Shown piece after piece: positions 9,428 through 17,149 of a stretch of 64,000 nt of DNA; position 1 is the stretch's first letter; every line of letters begins with the position of its first letter. The notes below the pieces were generated by a model. The model made no database searches. It was not told where the DNA came from and saw only the letters and a program-made list of their open reading frames with translations. Source of the stretch: Gemmatimonas sp. (GTDB lineage Bacteria; Gemmatimonadota; Gemmatimonadetes; Gemmatimonadales; Gemmatimonadaceae). The translations under genes and the position numbers were made by a program. Location: positions 1 through 64,000 of the forward strand of contig JANNVQ010000045.1 in NCBI GenBank assembly GCA_031414535.1. The letters are read 5' to 3'.

Positions 9428-10588
9428 TCAAGGTATCACGACCAATCCGGCTTCGCCGCCGAAGTCGTCGCGCACGCGGGCGAGGTTGCGCGGGGCGCGC
9501 CACTCGCCGCCATTCACCTGCACGGCTACACGATATTTGCCCGTGGTCAGGCGCACGCGTGCCACCCACACGCCGTCCACGCGCTCCATCCTGATTGGCC
9601 GCCACTCGCTGAAGTCGCCCGCGATGACGATCTCCAGCGCTTCGCTGGCCAACACGCGCACTTCGAGCACTGCGCCGCCGAGCGGTTGCAGCTCCAGAGA
9701 CGCACGAGCGATCAGCGAGCGCTCAAGCACCGGAAGCGGCTTCGGTCCTAGCGACACTCGCACCGATGCCGTCACCACCTCCGCCTGAGGTAATCCGCGC
9801 AGGGGATCTGCGAGCTGTCGGCCAGCGCTGCCCACGAGGGCCACACGATCCGCAATCTGCAGGGTGCCCGTCCACGTGAGTGCGGCAAACGATGCATCCG
9901 TCTCGGCGGTGCCGGCGCGCGCGGTATACGTCACAGCGATATCGTGCGGGCCATAGCGCAACTGGGCGGTCAATTGCGCGTCGTACAGATCGAATACGAG
10001 GTCATCGGGATTTCGGGAGACACCAGAGGCCAACAGGAGTGGCCAGTCCGCTGACTGTAGCCTCGTCGCGACGCCCGAGAGATACAGGGGGCCCCAACGT
10101 TGCCAGAGTCCGATGTCTGCTGCGTAGGAGCGGGCGAAGACACCATCGCGGTTGGTGGCGCCTGCAGTCGCGCCAAACCACGCACCGTAGTTGGCCGCTA
10201 CCACGTGCTGACGTACAAAGGTGTTGCCGTTACCACCGCGACCTTCTCGACGCAGTGCGAACGACGCGCCGGCCACTCCCGCCTCGGTGCGTAGATGGCT
10301 GTTCCATTTCCAAGGCACGTCAACGGCCGCGACGCCTTGTGCCGCGGCGAGTGAATCCTGCGCGTAGGTAAGATTCGCGCTGGTGACGAAGCCAAGCTTC
10401 TCGGATGTGGGCCGCCACAAAATGGCCAACAGCGCAGCATCCTCAGATGAGAAGCCGCGCTGCGTGATGTAGGCAAATCCACCTTCGATTCTCAGTTCCG
10501 GCTGGCGCTGTGCGCGCGCCACGTCCGCTACGAACGCCAGGGCGGCGCCGAGCGCGAATCCAAACGCCGCAATGCGGCGGCGATTCAC
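9428..10588 (-). CDS. Exported beta-strand-rich protein (probable OM barrel) with C-terminal CBM48/AMPK-type glycogen-binding domain
   Basis: Signal peptide; C-terminal IAGDFSEW...GVW...GKY...VNGGEW...DDFGG. Confidence 0.75.
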   Translation of the reverse strand: MNRRRIAAFGFALGAALAFVADVARAQRQPELRIEGGFAYITQRGFSSEDAALLAILWRPTSEKLGFVTSANLTYAQDSLAAAQGVAAVDVPWKWNSHLRTEAGVAGASFALRREGRGGNGNTFVRQHVVAANYGAWFGATAGATNRDGVFARSYAADIGLWQRWGPLYLSGVATRLQSADWPLLLASGVSRNPDDLVFDLYDAQLTAQLRYGPHDIAVTYTARAGTAETDASFAALTWTGTLQIADRVALVGSAGRQLADPLRGLPQAEVVTASVRVSLGPKPLPVLERSLIARASLELQPLGGAVLEVRVLASEALEIVIAGDFSEWRPIRMERVDGVWVARVRLTTGKYRVAVQVNGGEWRAPRNLARVRDDFGGEAGLVVIP

Positions 10589-10596
10589 GCCGTCAC

Positions 10597-11262
10597 TTAG
10601 GGCCTCGGGCCGCGGGGAGCGAGCGCGGCGGCAGCGGCAGGTGACGGAAGGAGCGACATCACCCCGCGCGCCCGCACTTCCAACGCCGCATCAGGCGTCA
10701 GGCCAGCCGCCACGTCGGATTGCACCGACGCGCCGACTCCGGCGATATGCGTCGGAGTAGCACCCCGTCGCATCAGTTGCGTGATTTGTTCAAGCGCGTT
10801 CGACGCAGGGACCCCGCGCGCGACGAGTTCCGTGAGCACGTCGAGTGGCATCGCCACCGACTGGCCCGCCGGATACGCCGAGCGGATCTGTCGCAACATC
10901 GGCGCGGGAACACCGACCGCCAGTGCATCCGCACCGGCAATCATCTCCGCGTCCGATGGCGAGGGAGCGAGAAGGTCCCGCGCCTGTTCTAGGCGCCTGG
11001 CCAACGAAGTGACGGCAGCCCGGATGCGCTCCCCGGCCGCCTGCTTCGTGACCCCTTCTTGAGCTTTTGCGACTAGGGCCCGTACGGGCAACCCACGCGA
11101 TGCCGCGCGATCAATCTCTCGCGTCACGGCTTCACGGGTCCGCGCATCAGCAATGGCAAGCACCGGCGTCCCCGAGTGCGCTTGAGCCTTCAGCGCAACT
11201 GGAAGAACCGACGCACTCATCACGAGTGCGGCGAGCAATACGGAAGCTCGCGTCTTGTTCAT
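10597..11262 (-). CDS. Hypothetical exported Ala-rich helical protein
   Basis: Signal peptide ending LKA-Q; 4-bp overlap with upstream gene; repeated RGLP/GVP/RGVP/RGAT helix-turn units. Confidence 0.7.
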   Translation of the reverse strand: MNKTRASVLLAALVMSASVLPVALKAQAHSGTPVLAIADARTREAVTREIDRAASRGLPVRALVAKAQEGVTKQAAGERIRAAVTSLARRLEQARDLLAPSPSDAEMIAGADALAVGVPAPMLRQIRSAYPAGQSVAMPLDVLTELVARGVPASNALEQITQLMRRGATPTHIAGVGASVQSDVAAGLTPDAALEVRARGVMSLLPSPAAAAALAPRGPRP

Positions 11263-11858
11263 CGGGCGAAGACCATCACGACACTACCCTCGCGGCCATA
11301 ATCGGCGTCCCCGGATTTGGGGGCGCGTGGATCGGCCACGAGTAATGTACCGTCCACCACGAAGGCGTACACGTGCCGGCCCGGCGCCAGCGGCACGGTG
11401 GTCGTCCAGACGCCGTCCCGCACGCGCGTCATTGGCAGTTCGTCCACTTCCCAGTCATTGAACTCGCCCACCACCGAGACGCTCTTCGCCTCGGCGGACT
11501 CAAACACGAACTGCGTGGGGACCAACCGTACGGTCGCGTCGTCGGCCGCCAATTGAACCGGGAACTCGCCCGTTGCCGGACCCGAGGCCACGGTGGGTTC
11601 AGACGCCGAGTTCGGGGTTACGGCGCCACGCGAGACGAAACCGATCATCAGGGCCGCCGCCGCAATCGCGCTGGCACCAAGTCCCGAGAGCGCCGGGAGG
11701 CGCCATGCGTCCAAGGCCCTCCGCCAGAACGACGGGCGCGGAGAGGCCCACACCGTTTGGAGCAGTCGGGCCACCGCCTGTGGCTGTGGCGCAACACGGC
11801 GCTCGTCGCGCAACGTGCTTCTCACGCGATTAATCAGTTGATCTCGTTCATCCGTCAT
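11259..11858 (-). CDS. Putative anti-sigma factor: one TM helix plus C-terminal CBM48 (isoamylase early set) domain
   Basis: Directly follows ECF sigma; TM ASAIAAAALMIGF; VSVVGEFNDW, GVWTTTVPLAPGRHVYAFVVDG...ADP. Confidence 0.8.
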   Translation of the reverse strand: MTDERDQLINRVRSTLRDERRVAPQPQAVARLLQTVWASPRPSFWRRALDAWRLPALSGLGASAIAAAALMIGFVSRGAVTPNSASEPTVASGPATGEFPVQLAADDATVRLVPTQFVFESAEAKSVSVVGEFNDWEVDELPMTRVRDGVWTTTVPLAPGRHVYAFVVDGTLLVADPRAPKSGDADYGREGSVVMVFAR

Positions 11859-12408
11859 CGCGCATTATCTCCGTGAGCCGCACGCGCATGGTGTCGCAAG
11901 CGCGCTTTACGCGCATCCTGAGGGCCGAAAGGCCAACACCCGTCACCGCAGCAATGTCTTCGTATGCCATATCCTCGACGTGTCGCAGCAGGAACGCCTC
12001 TTTCTGCTCCTGCGGCAACGTGTCGAGCAGCTTGTACACCTCTTCCGTCCAGTCGCGTTCCTCTTCCGACACCGCGCCAATTCGATCCGGAAACTCCCCG
12101 TATTGAATGACCGTGGTATGACGAGCGCGCTTGGCAGTCAGCGTTCGGCAGCGGTTGGCAAGAATGCGAAAGAGCCAAGGCTCAAAGCGCGCATCATCGC
12201 GAAAACGCCGCAGGTTGTGATAGACCCGCACGAAGGTGTCCTGCACCGCTTCCTCTGCGTCCTCGCGACTGCCAACCATATGGAAGGCAAAGCGCAGTGC
12301 GCGCGGATACATAACATCCACCAACTGGGCGAACGCCTGCCGGTCTCCCGCCTTGGCCCTTAGCGGAAGTGTCGGATCGATTGAGGGCGCGCTCGAGGTT
12401 TCGCTCAT
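11848..12408 (-). CDS. ECF RNA polymerase sigma factor
   Basis: GDRQAFAQLV, DAEEAVQDTFVRVY, WLFRILANRC, region 4 HTH; start at MSETSS is uncertain. Confidence 0.92.
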   Translation of the reverse strand: MSETSSAPSIDPTLPLRAKAGDRQAFAQLVDVMYPRALRFAFHMVGSREDAEEAVQDTFVRVYHNLRRFRDDARFEPWLFRILANRCRTLTAKRARHTTVIQYGEFPDRIGAVSEEERDWTEEVYKLLDTLPQEQKEAFLLRHVEDMAYEDIAAVTGVGLSALRMRVKRACDTMRVRLTEIMRDDG

Positions 12409-12566
12409 AAGGGAGATCTTGGGAGGATATCCCTTGCGCTCCCCTCCTCGCCACGGCGCGCCGCCAACCAGCGACTCGTCCATTGTGTCGTCCTTCACGT
12501 TCTCCAATACCCCGGGGAGGTCGCGGGTGTCACATTTCATGGCATCCCGCACCCGAAACCATCCCG

Positions 12567-13154
12567 ATGGGCGAACTCATACTCTGGCTCCAACAGCTTC
12601 AGACGCCGCTGCGCATCGGTTTGGGCGTCGCGCTCGGCCTCGCGAGCCTTTTGGCGCTCATCGCCTGGGCGGAACGCACGCGGCGCGTGAATGCGTTTGG
12701 GGCGCTCGCCCGCTTCGCCCGCCGGACACTTGACCCAGCCTTGGCCCCGGTGGAGCGCATTGTGGCGCGCACGGGCGGGCGGCGCACCAGCACGCCTTGG
12801 TGGGGCGTGTTCCTGATTCTCGTCATCGGCGCCGTGTTCATTGGCTTCGTGGACTTTGTCCGCGAACTGCTCACGTTTGCCTACTACGCCTCGTCGCAGG
12901 GTCCTCGCAGCGTAGTCAAACTGGTTTTCAGCTGGAGTTTCGGACTCCTGCAGCTTGCCATCATGGTGCGGGTGGTGACCTCATGGATTGGCGGTGCGTA
13001 CTCGTGGATTGGACGCACGGCATTCAAACTCACCGAGTGGTTTATGGGGCCGTTGCGCCGCGTGTTGCCGCCGATGGGGATGATGGACCTCTCACCAATC
13101 GTCGCGTACTTCGGCATCTCCCTGCTCCGCGGCCTCGTGATGGGTGCCATCTGA
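12567..13154 (+). CDS. yggT: YggT family membrane protein
   Basis: LTEWFMGPLRRVLPPMGMMDLSPIVA; second degenerate YggT repeat in the N-terminal half. Confidence 0.85.
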   Translation: MGELILWLQQLQTPLRIGLGVALGLASLLALIAWAERTRRVNAFGALARFARRTLDPALAPVERIVARTGGRRTSTPWWGVFLILVIGAVFIGFVDFVRELLTFAYYASSQGPRSVVKLVFSWSFGLLQLAIMVRVVTSWIGGAYSWIGRTAFKLTEWFMGPLRRVLPPMGMMDLSPIVAYFGISLLRGLVMGAI

Positions 13155-13699
13155 TGGCGCTCACCGCCACCGTCTACACCCTCGATGTCGCGCTGAGCAA
13201 TGTTGACTGCGGCGTATATGAGCAACTCAACATCAAGGCCGCGCGCCATCCATCAGAGAGTGAGGATTACTTCCTCACGCGGCTCCTGGCTTACTGCGCC
13301 GAGTACACGGAGGGCATCGCGTTCTCCAAGGGCGGTATCTCGGACCCTGACGATCCCGCCATCGTGGTGCGCGATCTCACGGGGGCGTGGAAGTCGTGGA
13401 TCGAGATCGGCTCTCCCGACGCGGCACGCTTGCATCAGGCCAGCAAAGCCAGTCCTCGCGTGGCGTTGTACACACACAAGGAGCCACGCCTGCTGCTGCG
13501 CGGGTACGAGGGGCAGAAGATCCACCGCGCGGAACGGATCGAGTGCTACGCGGTTCCGCGCGACCTGCTGGAATCGCTCAACAGACATCTCGAACGACGG
13601 ATGACCTGGACGCTCTCGGTCACGGACGGCGAGTACTTCGTGGATGTGGATGGCGCGTCCTACCAAGGCGCGGTAGAACGCTTTGCGCTAACGGCTTAG
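13154..13699 (+). CDS. yaeQ: YaeQ family protein
   Basis: MALTAT start, ARHPSES, RLLAYC, WIEIGSPD; TGATG coupling to yggT. Confidence 0.92.
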   Translation: MALTATVYTLDVALSNVDCGVYEQLNIKAARHPSESEDYFLTRLLAYCAEYTEGIAFSKGGISDPDDPAIVVRDLTGAWKSWIEIGSPDAARLHQASKASPRVALYTHKEPRLLLRGYEGQKIHRAERIECYAVPRDLLESLNRHLERRMTWTLSVTDGEYFVDVDGASYQGAVERFALTA

Positions 13700-13702
13700 G
13701 GC

Positions 13703-14176
13703 TTGCCCACGCTCGACGTCTCCTCGCCGGCTCTCGCGCTCGGCTCCGCCGCTCTATTGGGTTTCGCCACGGGCATCATTCCCATCGGGGCGGCCGAAGC
13801 CGCAGCGCTCGCCATTGGGTTGGTGTCGCCGCGCTGGCTCGCTTTGGCGATGTGCTTGGTTTTCACGCTCGCCCACGTGGGCGCCAAAGTGCCGTGGTAC
13901 TGGCTGGGCTCGCACGCTGAGCGGGTGAGCGGCGGGAGAGGAGCTCGCTACTTGGCCCGAGCGCGTCAGATGCTCGTGGAGCGTCCGCAGTACGGCGGCG
14001 GCATCTTATTGATGAGCGCCGTCCTGAGCGTCCCGCCCTTTCATTTGGCGGCGATTGCCTCCGGGCTGACGCGGATGGCGTTTTTGCCCTTCGTCACGGC
14101 CTGCCTCGCGGGACGCTTGATACGCTTCGGGGTACTCGTGACGGCGCCCCAGCTTCTGCGTCATCTGTTTGGATAG
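13703..14176 (+). CDS. DedA/VTT-like membrane protein
   Basis: Hydrophobic; SVPPF...ASG..RM.FLPF....GRLIRF. Confidence 0.7.
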   Translation: MPTLDVSSPALALGSAALLGFATGIIPIGAAEAAALAIGLVSPRWLALAMCLVFTLAHVGAKVPWYWLGSHAERVSGGRGARYLARARQMLVERPQYGGGILLMSAVLSVPPFHLAAIASGLTRMAFLPFVTACLAGRLIRFGVLVTAPQLLRHLFG

Positions 14177-14225
14177 CCACGCTCGGCGCGTTGCGCTCCT
14201 AGCGTCCCCTTCAGAGACTTCTCGT

Positions 14226-15539
14226 ATGCGTCGTCAGCCTCCTGTAATTGCCAGCGCCGTCATGGGCGCCCTGCTCCTCACCGCCTGCGGTGACGGCGTC
14301 GTGGCCCCCACCTGTGTGGCCTCCGGCACGGGAAACCTCACGGTCACCATCACGGGATTGCCCGCCGGTGTGACCGCTGCGGTTTCCGTCGCGGGTCCGA
14401 GTGGCACCACGGTGCTCACGGAAACTTCAACACTCACGGGTGTCGCGGGCGGGCTCTACACCATCACCTCAGCGCCGCGTGCCGTCGCTGACTCAACAGT
14501 GAGCACATACTTGCGGGGCGCGGTGCCCGCGGCTGGAGTCTGCCTCCTCAACGGCGAGACCCGCACAGTGGCAGTTCCGCACTCGGCCATCGCGTCGGCC
14601 GGAAAGGTGTGGGTGGGCAGCGCCATCTCGTCGCTTGCCTTCAGCAACGCCCAGCTCGCCGTGACGGCCACGCTCGCGCCGACGGTGGCGGCGGTTACGC
14701 GTGGTTCCTCTGCTGCGGTGTTTGACCGCGACGGCAACCTCTGGGTCCGTGGTCAGTCAGCGACGGAGCCCTACCTGATGCGCTACGCGGCGGCCTCGCT
14801 TGGGAGCACCGGCAGCCCACTACCTGATCGGTCCATCAACATCAGCGGTGTCACGTGCGAAGGCGGCGGAGCGATGGCCTTCGATGAAAGCGGAAATCTG
14901 TGGGTGAGCGTCGGCTGCCAGCAGCGCGTGCTGCGCATCAATGCCGCGCAATTGGCGTCAACCGGCGTGGTGTCGCCCGTGCTCCAGATCGTCGGCCTCG
15001 TAGGTCCCGAAGGCCTCGCCTTCGATGCTGCGGGCAATCTTTGGGTAGCTGACGAAACGCACCTGCGACGCTTCAACGCGGCGCGCTTGTCGGCCAACAT
15101 CAGCACTGCTGCCGACCTGCGCGTGGCGTTTACCACGCCGTCGCCAGGTGGGAGCGGGCTCGGCGTGAATCATCTCGCGTTCAGCCCTTCCGGTGAACTC
15201 TGGGTGAGCACCTATACACAGTTCGCCGTGTTCCGTGTGGAGCCCGCCGTTGTCGCGGCCACGGGTGCGCAGAACACGCAGGCGACCCGCATCCTTCACT
15301 TCAGCACCTTCACGCAGCCCCGCGGCTTCGCGTTCGACAATTCGGGTGGTCTGTTGATTGGCTACTTGGCCTCCTCGTTCGCACGCCTCTCCCCGACGCA
15401 ATTGCAGAGCAATGTGTTGCTTCCGAACACTGTCACGCCGGGGAAAATTTACGCCTCTGCGAATATCGTATCGTTCGCCGAGAATGTGGTGCTCTTCCCC
15501 GCCCCTGCCACGACGCCGATATACTCGCGCGTGCGCTGA
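14226..15539 (+). CDS. Lipoprotein with NHL-like beta-propeller
   Basis: Lipobox LLLTA-C; repeated FD..GNLWV blades. Confidence 0.75.
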   Translation: MRRQPPVIASAVMGALLLTACGDGVVAPTCVASGTGNLTVTITGLPAGVTAAVSVAGPSGTTVLTETSTLTGVAGGLYTITSAPRAVADSTVSTYLRGAVPAAGVCLLNGETRTVAVPHSAIASAGKVWVGSAISSLAFSNAQLAVTATLAPTVAAVTRGSSAAVFDRDGNLWVRGQSATEPYLMRYAAASLGSTGSPLPDRSINISGVTCEGGGAMAFDESGNLWVSVGCQQRVLRINAAQLASTGVVSPVLQIVGLVGPEGLAFDAAGNLWVADETHLRRFNAARLSANISTAADLRVAFTTPSPGGSGLGVNHLAFSPSGELWVSTYTQFAVFRVEPAVVAATGAQNTQATRILHFSTFTQPRGFAFDNSGGLLIGYLASSFARLSPTQLQSNVLLPNTVTPGKIYASANIVSFAENVVLFPAPATTPIYSRVR

Positions 15540-15575
15540 ACTGGTGCGCTGAGCTGGTGCATTGAGCGGGTGCAC
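15531..15575 (+). repeat. Degenerate 13-bp tandem repeat spanning a stop codon
   Basis: GTGCGCTGAACTG / GTGCGCTGAGCTG / GTGCATTGAGCGG / GTGCAC. Confidence 0.6.
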
Positions 15576-15583
15576 ACAGAAGA

Positions 15584-15621
15584 CAGAGCGCCCCGGCCGA
15601 TTCCTCGGCCGGGGCGCTCTG
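15584..15621. terminator. Hairpin terminator between convergent genes
   Basis: 17-bp perfect stem CAGAGCGCCCCGGCCGA / TCGGCCGGGGCGCTCTG with TTCC loop. Confidence 0.85.
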
Positions 15622-15638
15622 ATTGTGCGTGTCGCGGT

Positions 15639-17033
15639 TTAGAAGCCCGAGACGTTTAGGCGGCCATTGGTGAGCACGCGACCGTTAAGCGAGGTCGTGG
15701 CTGTGGCGCTGCTGAGCAAGGCGCTCTTGATCTGCGCAGCAGAGGCACCTGGATTGCGAGCGGCATAGAGCGCCGCGGCGCCAGCCACGTGTGGAGTTGC
15801 CATCGAGGTGCCGCTGTAGCTGGCATAGCCCGAGGAGATTCTGTTTTTGGTACCGGTCGGCACTGTGGACCAGATCGCCGAGCCCGGCGCACCAATGTCG
15901 ATGGTGCTTGAGCCGTAGTTCGAGAAGGAGCTCATCGCGCCGGTGCTGGTAATAGACGCCACCGCGATCACGTTAGCGTTTGCGTACTCGGCGGGGTAAC
16001 AGGCGCTCGTCTCGCAGTTGAGGCTGCTATTGCCGGCCGCTGCGATGAAGAGGATGCCGGCTGCGTCCGCACGACCGATGGCATCAGCCAAGGCCTGAGA
16101 GAATCCGCCGCCGCCCCACGAGTTGTTGGTCGCGACGAGGTTGATGCCGTGGCGGATTTTGAGATCCGTGAAGTAATCCACCGCCTTGATGGCATTGGCC
16201 GTGGTGCCGCCGTTGCTCCCGAGGAACTTGGCGTTCAGGAGGCGGATGCCGGACTGGCAAACGCCGGCAACGCCAGCGCCATTGCTGCCCACACCGCCGA
16301 TGGTGCCGGCAACGTGCGTGCCGTGGTCGTCACCCACGCCGTCGAAGACTGACGCGTTGTTGCCGGCGAAGTCCCAACCATACACGTCGTCTACGAGACC
16401 ATTGCTATCGTCATCAACGCCATTGCCAGCGACTTCGCCGGGGTTTCTGCCCACGTTAGCTGCGAGATCCGTGTGCTGGTAGTAATAGCCTTCGTCAATG
16501 ATGCCGACGTAGACGCCGGTGCAAGAGGTGCCGCGCGCCCAAGCGGCTGCGGCTCCGCTGCCGAACTGGTTGGTGGGCGTGGTGGTGCCGCTGTACATGC
16601 CCCAGAGCGAGCCGTTGGTATAGTAGGTGTCGTTGGACGAGGCGTGCTGATAGATCCAGTTCGGCTCGGCGAACTCGACGTTGGCGTCGCCACGCAGCGT
16701 TGCGATTGCGGCTTCGACCGATCCACCCGTGCGGGCGACACGCACACCCTGCTTGCGGCCGGCAGCACGCATGCGCGCCGTCAGAATGCGCTCGGCGGCA
16801 TTGGAGTTGGCGCGACCGAGAGCCTTGGCCACATCGTCGTCGCTGGTGCCTTCCTTGAATTGGACGAGCACTTCGCCCGGCACGTACTCCGGACCGCTAC
16901 TGCGGATGGCGGCGGGGACTTCGGTGCCGAGGCGCGCATCCGTAGCATCGAGGGCCAGGGTGGCGGTGTCAGAGCAGGCACTGGTGAGGAGGGCAAGAAC
17001 GGCAACTGCGGAAGCAACTCTACGCATTCGCAA
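15639..17033 (-). CDS. S8 subtilisin-family serine protease, lipoprotein
   Basis: Lipobox LTSA-C; triad IIDEG, HGTHVAG, GTSMATPH. Confidence 0.95.
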   Translation of the reverse strand: MRMRRVASAVAVLALLTSACSDTATLALDATDARLGTEVPAAIRSSGPEYVPGEVLVQFKEGTSDDDVAKALGRANSNAAERILTARMRAAGRKQGVRVARTGGSVEAAIATLRGDANVEFAEPNWIYQHASSNDTYYTNGSLWGMYSGTTTPTNQFGSGAAAAWARGTSCTGVYVGIIDEGYYYQHTDLAANVGRNPGEVAGNGVDDDSNGLVDDVYGWDFAGNNASVFDGVGDDHGTHVAGTIGGVGSNGAGVAGVCQSGIRLLNAKFLGSNGGTTANAIKAVDYFTDLKIRHGINLVATNNSWGGGGFSQALADAIGRADAAGILFIAAAGNSSLNCETSACYPAEYANANVIAVASITSTGAMSSFSNYGSSTIDIGAPGSAIWSTVPTGTKNRISSGYASYSGTSMATPHVAGAAALYAARNPGASAAQIKSALLSSATATTSLNGRVLTNGRLNVSGF

Positions 17034-17074
17034 CCTCGTGGGGTGGGGGCCGTGGTCCCGTGGGGGAATACGCG

Positions 17075-17103
17075 ACGTTACGATTTACCAAAGAGACGCG
17101 CAA
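17075..17103 (-). promoter_or_regulatory. Putative sigma70 promoter of the S8 protease gene
   Basis: TTGCGC-N17-TAACGT on the minus strand about 40 nt upstream of the start. Confidence 0.45.
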
Positions 17104-17149
17104 GACCTAATTCATTAGACTGTGAGCGGAGTCACGAGGGTAGGACCCG

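Noticed and set aside
11848..11860. GATGACGGATGA at the sigma/anti-sigma overlap (RDDG-stop / MTDE) as another heptamer array
   Set aside because: Only about 1.5 units and explained by the start/stop overlap; cannot be told from chance, although its polarity fits.
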